DNA of 63,875 bases, counting the filler, from Collodictyon triciliatum (taxonomy: Eukaryota): NCBI GenBank assembly GCA_043381765.1. It is 5 parts of 4 records of this genome, joined end to end, with 100 filler letters (N's around TTAATTAATTAA, not from the genome) between each part and the next. Parts side by side here need not be neighbours in the genome. Positions count along the whole stretch, not along the records: positions 55,879 to 63,875 come from JBHJMP010000446.1; 4 more parts are not named here. One strand, written 5' to 3'. Every line of letters starts with the position of its first letter. Position 1 is the first letter of the stretch. The translations under genes and the position numbers were made by a program. The notes beneath the pieces were generated by a model that saw only the letters and a program-made list of their open reading frames with translations, had not been told where the DNA came from and did no database searches. Of this stretch, positions 62,421-63,875 are shown piece by piece.

Positions 62421-63200
62421 ATCGCCGAAAGAAATGCATCAGAGGCCACCGGAATTGATTCCAATTTTACTTGATTCTCCTTAGATTGAATGATATGATA
62501 CACTCAACAGTTTTTTTTCTAACGCAATTCCTTTGGGTTTCTTTTTTGGCCTTCATTCCCTGGGCAATGTTTTCCCCTTTCTCCATCAGTGCCTCTTGTT
62601 TGGGTTTTCTGGAAACATCGCGCAATCAAAAGGACACTGACTACAACTACAACTACAACTACAACTACAACCACAACAACCCGACAATATAATAGGAGAA
62701 CTACATAGGCACTCAAACTGATATTGTACGTAAAGACGAGGCAGCAAACAACACAGCGATAATCCACTAAACGCAGTGCTAGAAAAAAGCAAAAAACAAA
62801 AGAAGGTATCTCCTCAAAAGGGACAAACAAACACGAACATACACCACATCACAAAACAACGCGGCTATGGCCTGTGCGGTGACAAACCAACAAGAACATC
62901 GATTCACTCTTGTACCCTTACCAACCGCCTATCCATCAAACACAACGAATGTCTGCGCCTCTGTCCGCCTGCTCCGCAACCAACTCTCTTTCTCTTTCTC
63001 TCACACCGCGCAACCCACCCAGCACCACATCACGCAGCCTCTCCATCACCTTTTCTTTCCCCCGCACTCTCTCTTCCTGCTCTGCCGCAATCGGGCACAA
63101 CATAACACGACACAAATACGCCCGTACAAAACAAGAGGAATCACCTCGTTGAGACCCATCCCCAGTGATTATATATCTATGTAATTTTCTTCTTATTCTT

Positions 63201-63749
63201 TTATTGCGGGTGGGTCTCTGTTCTCTGCGTGAAAAGCTGCTGCATCTCAGCGAAGGGGTCCAACTCGTGCGTATCGGTTGCAGCTGCGTGCGTTTGTACC
63301 TGGATGTGTGTGCGCCCTTCTCTAGGTGATTGCGATTGTGATTGTGATTGTGATTGTGACTGTTGGGGGCGCTGAGTCGCTTGCGCGGTGTTTGCCTTGA
63401 GCTCCAAAAGTCGCCTTTCTTCCTGGGCGAGTTGGACGAGCGTCTTCAGGACCACGATGTACTGCTCTCCATCCAGAACAAGACAGCCACTCTCCATCAG
63501 CCTGTGCAACCCGACCAGGGACGTGGGAAAGCTCGTCTCGCAAGCATCTGTTTCTCTTGGCGATTGGGCGCTTTCGGATGACGCTTGCTGGTGGCCAGCT
63601 TGGCCGCTAAAGAAGAGTCTGCGTCTTGTTACCGACTCGTTGCCGCGTCTGATGAGCTGGAATGCTTTGCTCATTTGGCTGTCAGCTCGTCTTATCGTTG
63701 TTTTCCTATCCCTTACTTTCGTATTCCCTTCTTGGGCTTTTGGGCTTCT
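63201..63749 (-). CDS. Probable terminal exon of a gene extending beyond the window (low-complexity, Gln/Ser-rich)
   Basis: Open frame from a TAG acceptor (63750-63752) to TAA at 63201-63203. No family recognised. Confidence 0.4.
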   Translation of the reverse strand, partial: RSPKAQEGNTKVRDRKTTIRRADSQMSKAFQLIRRGNESVTRRRLFFSGQAGHQQASSESAQSPRETDACETSFPTSLVGLHRLMESGCLVLDGEQYIVVLKTLVQLAQEERRLLELKANTAQATQRPQQSQSQSQSQSQSPREGRTHIQVQTHAAATDTHELDPFAEMQQLFTQRTETHPQ

Positions 63750-63875
63750 CTAGACCAAGAACTGCGCGCAGTCGGCCTCTGCAGTGAAAGTGAAACGTCT
63801 TCATGTCATGCGCGGAATGCCCATACGAATATTCTGATGTTTGAAAAAAAAAAAAGAAAAAAAAGAAAAAAAAAG

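Overview
Intron-rich eukaryotic nuclear scaffold from a gappy draft assembly. It contains many N gaps, four artificial NNN-TTAATTAATTAA-NNN linkers and many intronic simple repeats. I reconstructed gene models by hand from splice signals and motif recognition, with no database search. Recognisable genes: tRNA-Ser(GCT), GINS3/PSF3, an intronless two-domain glycosyltransferase, an ankyrin-repeat protein, a TPR protein, CFAP91 (5'-truncated), PEX19, WBP11, an arrestin-domain protein, an LRR protein, cytosolic aspartyl-tRNA synthetase, a three-repeat MYB, a convergent LYS9/LYS1 saccharopine dehydrogenase pair, selenoprotein O, a LINE 3' remnant and the C-terminal half of CNOT1. Several hypothetical genes are also present. 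Gene content suggests a flagellated, peroxisome-bearing, selenocysteine-using microbial eukaryote (inference; taxon not identified). Best observations: (1) SelO ends ...LRVT-UGA-SS-UAA, with a canonical type-2 SECIS ~285 nt downstream and an unexplained ~108-nt hairpin just after the stop. (2) LYS9 and LYS1, consecutive steps of one pathway, sit tail-to-tail 214 bp apart as separate genes. (3) The LRR gene has 69-nt phase-0 single-repeat exons. (4) Splicing looks relaxed, with frequent AAG acceptors and a GC-AG intron.
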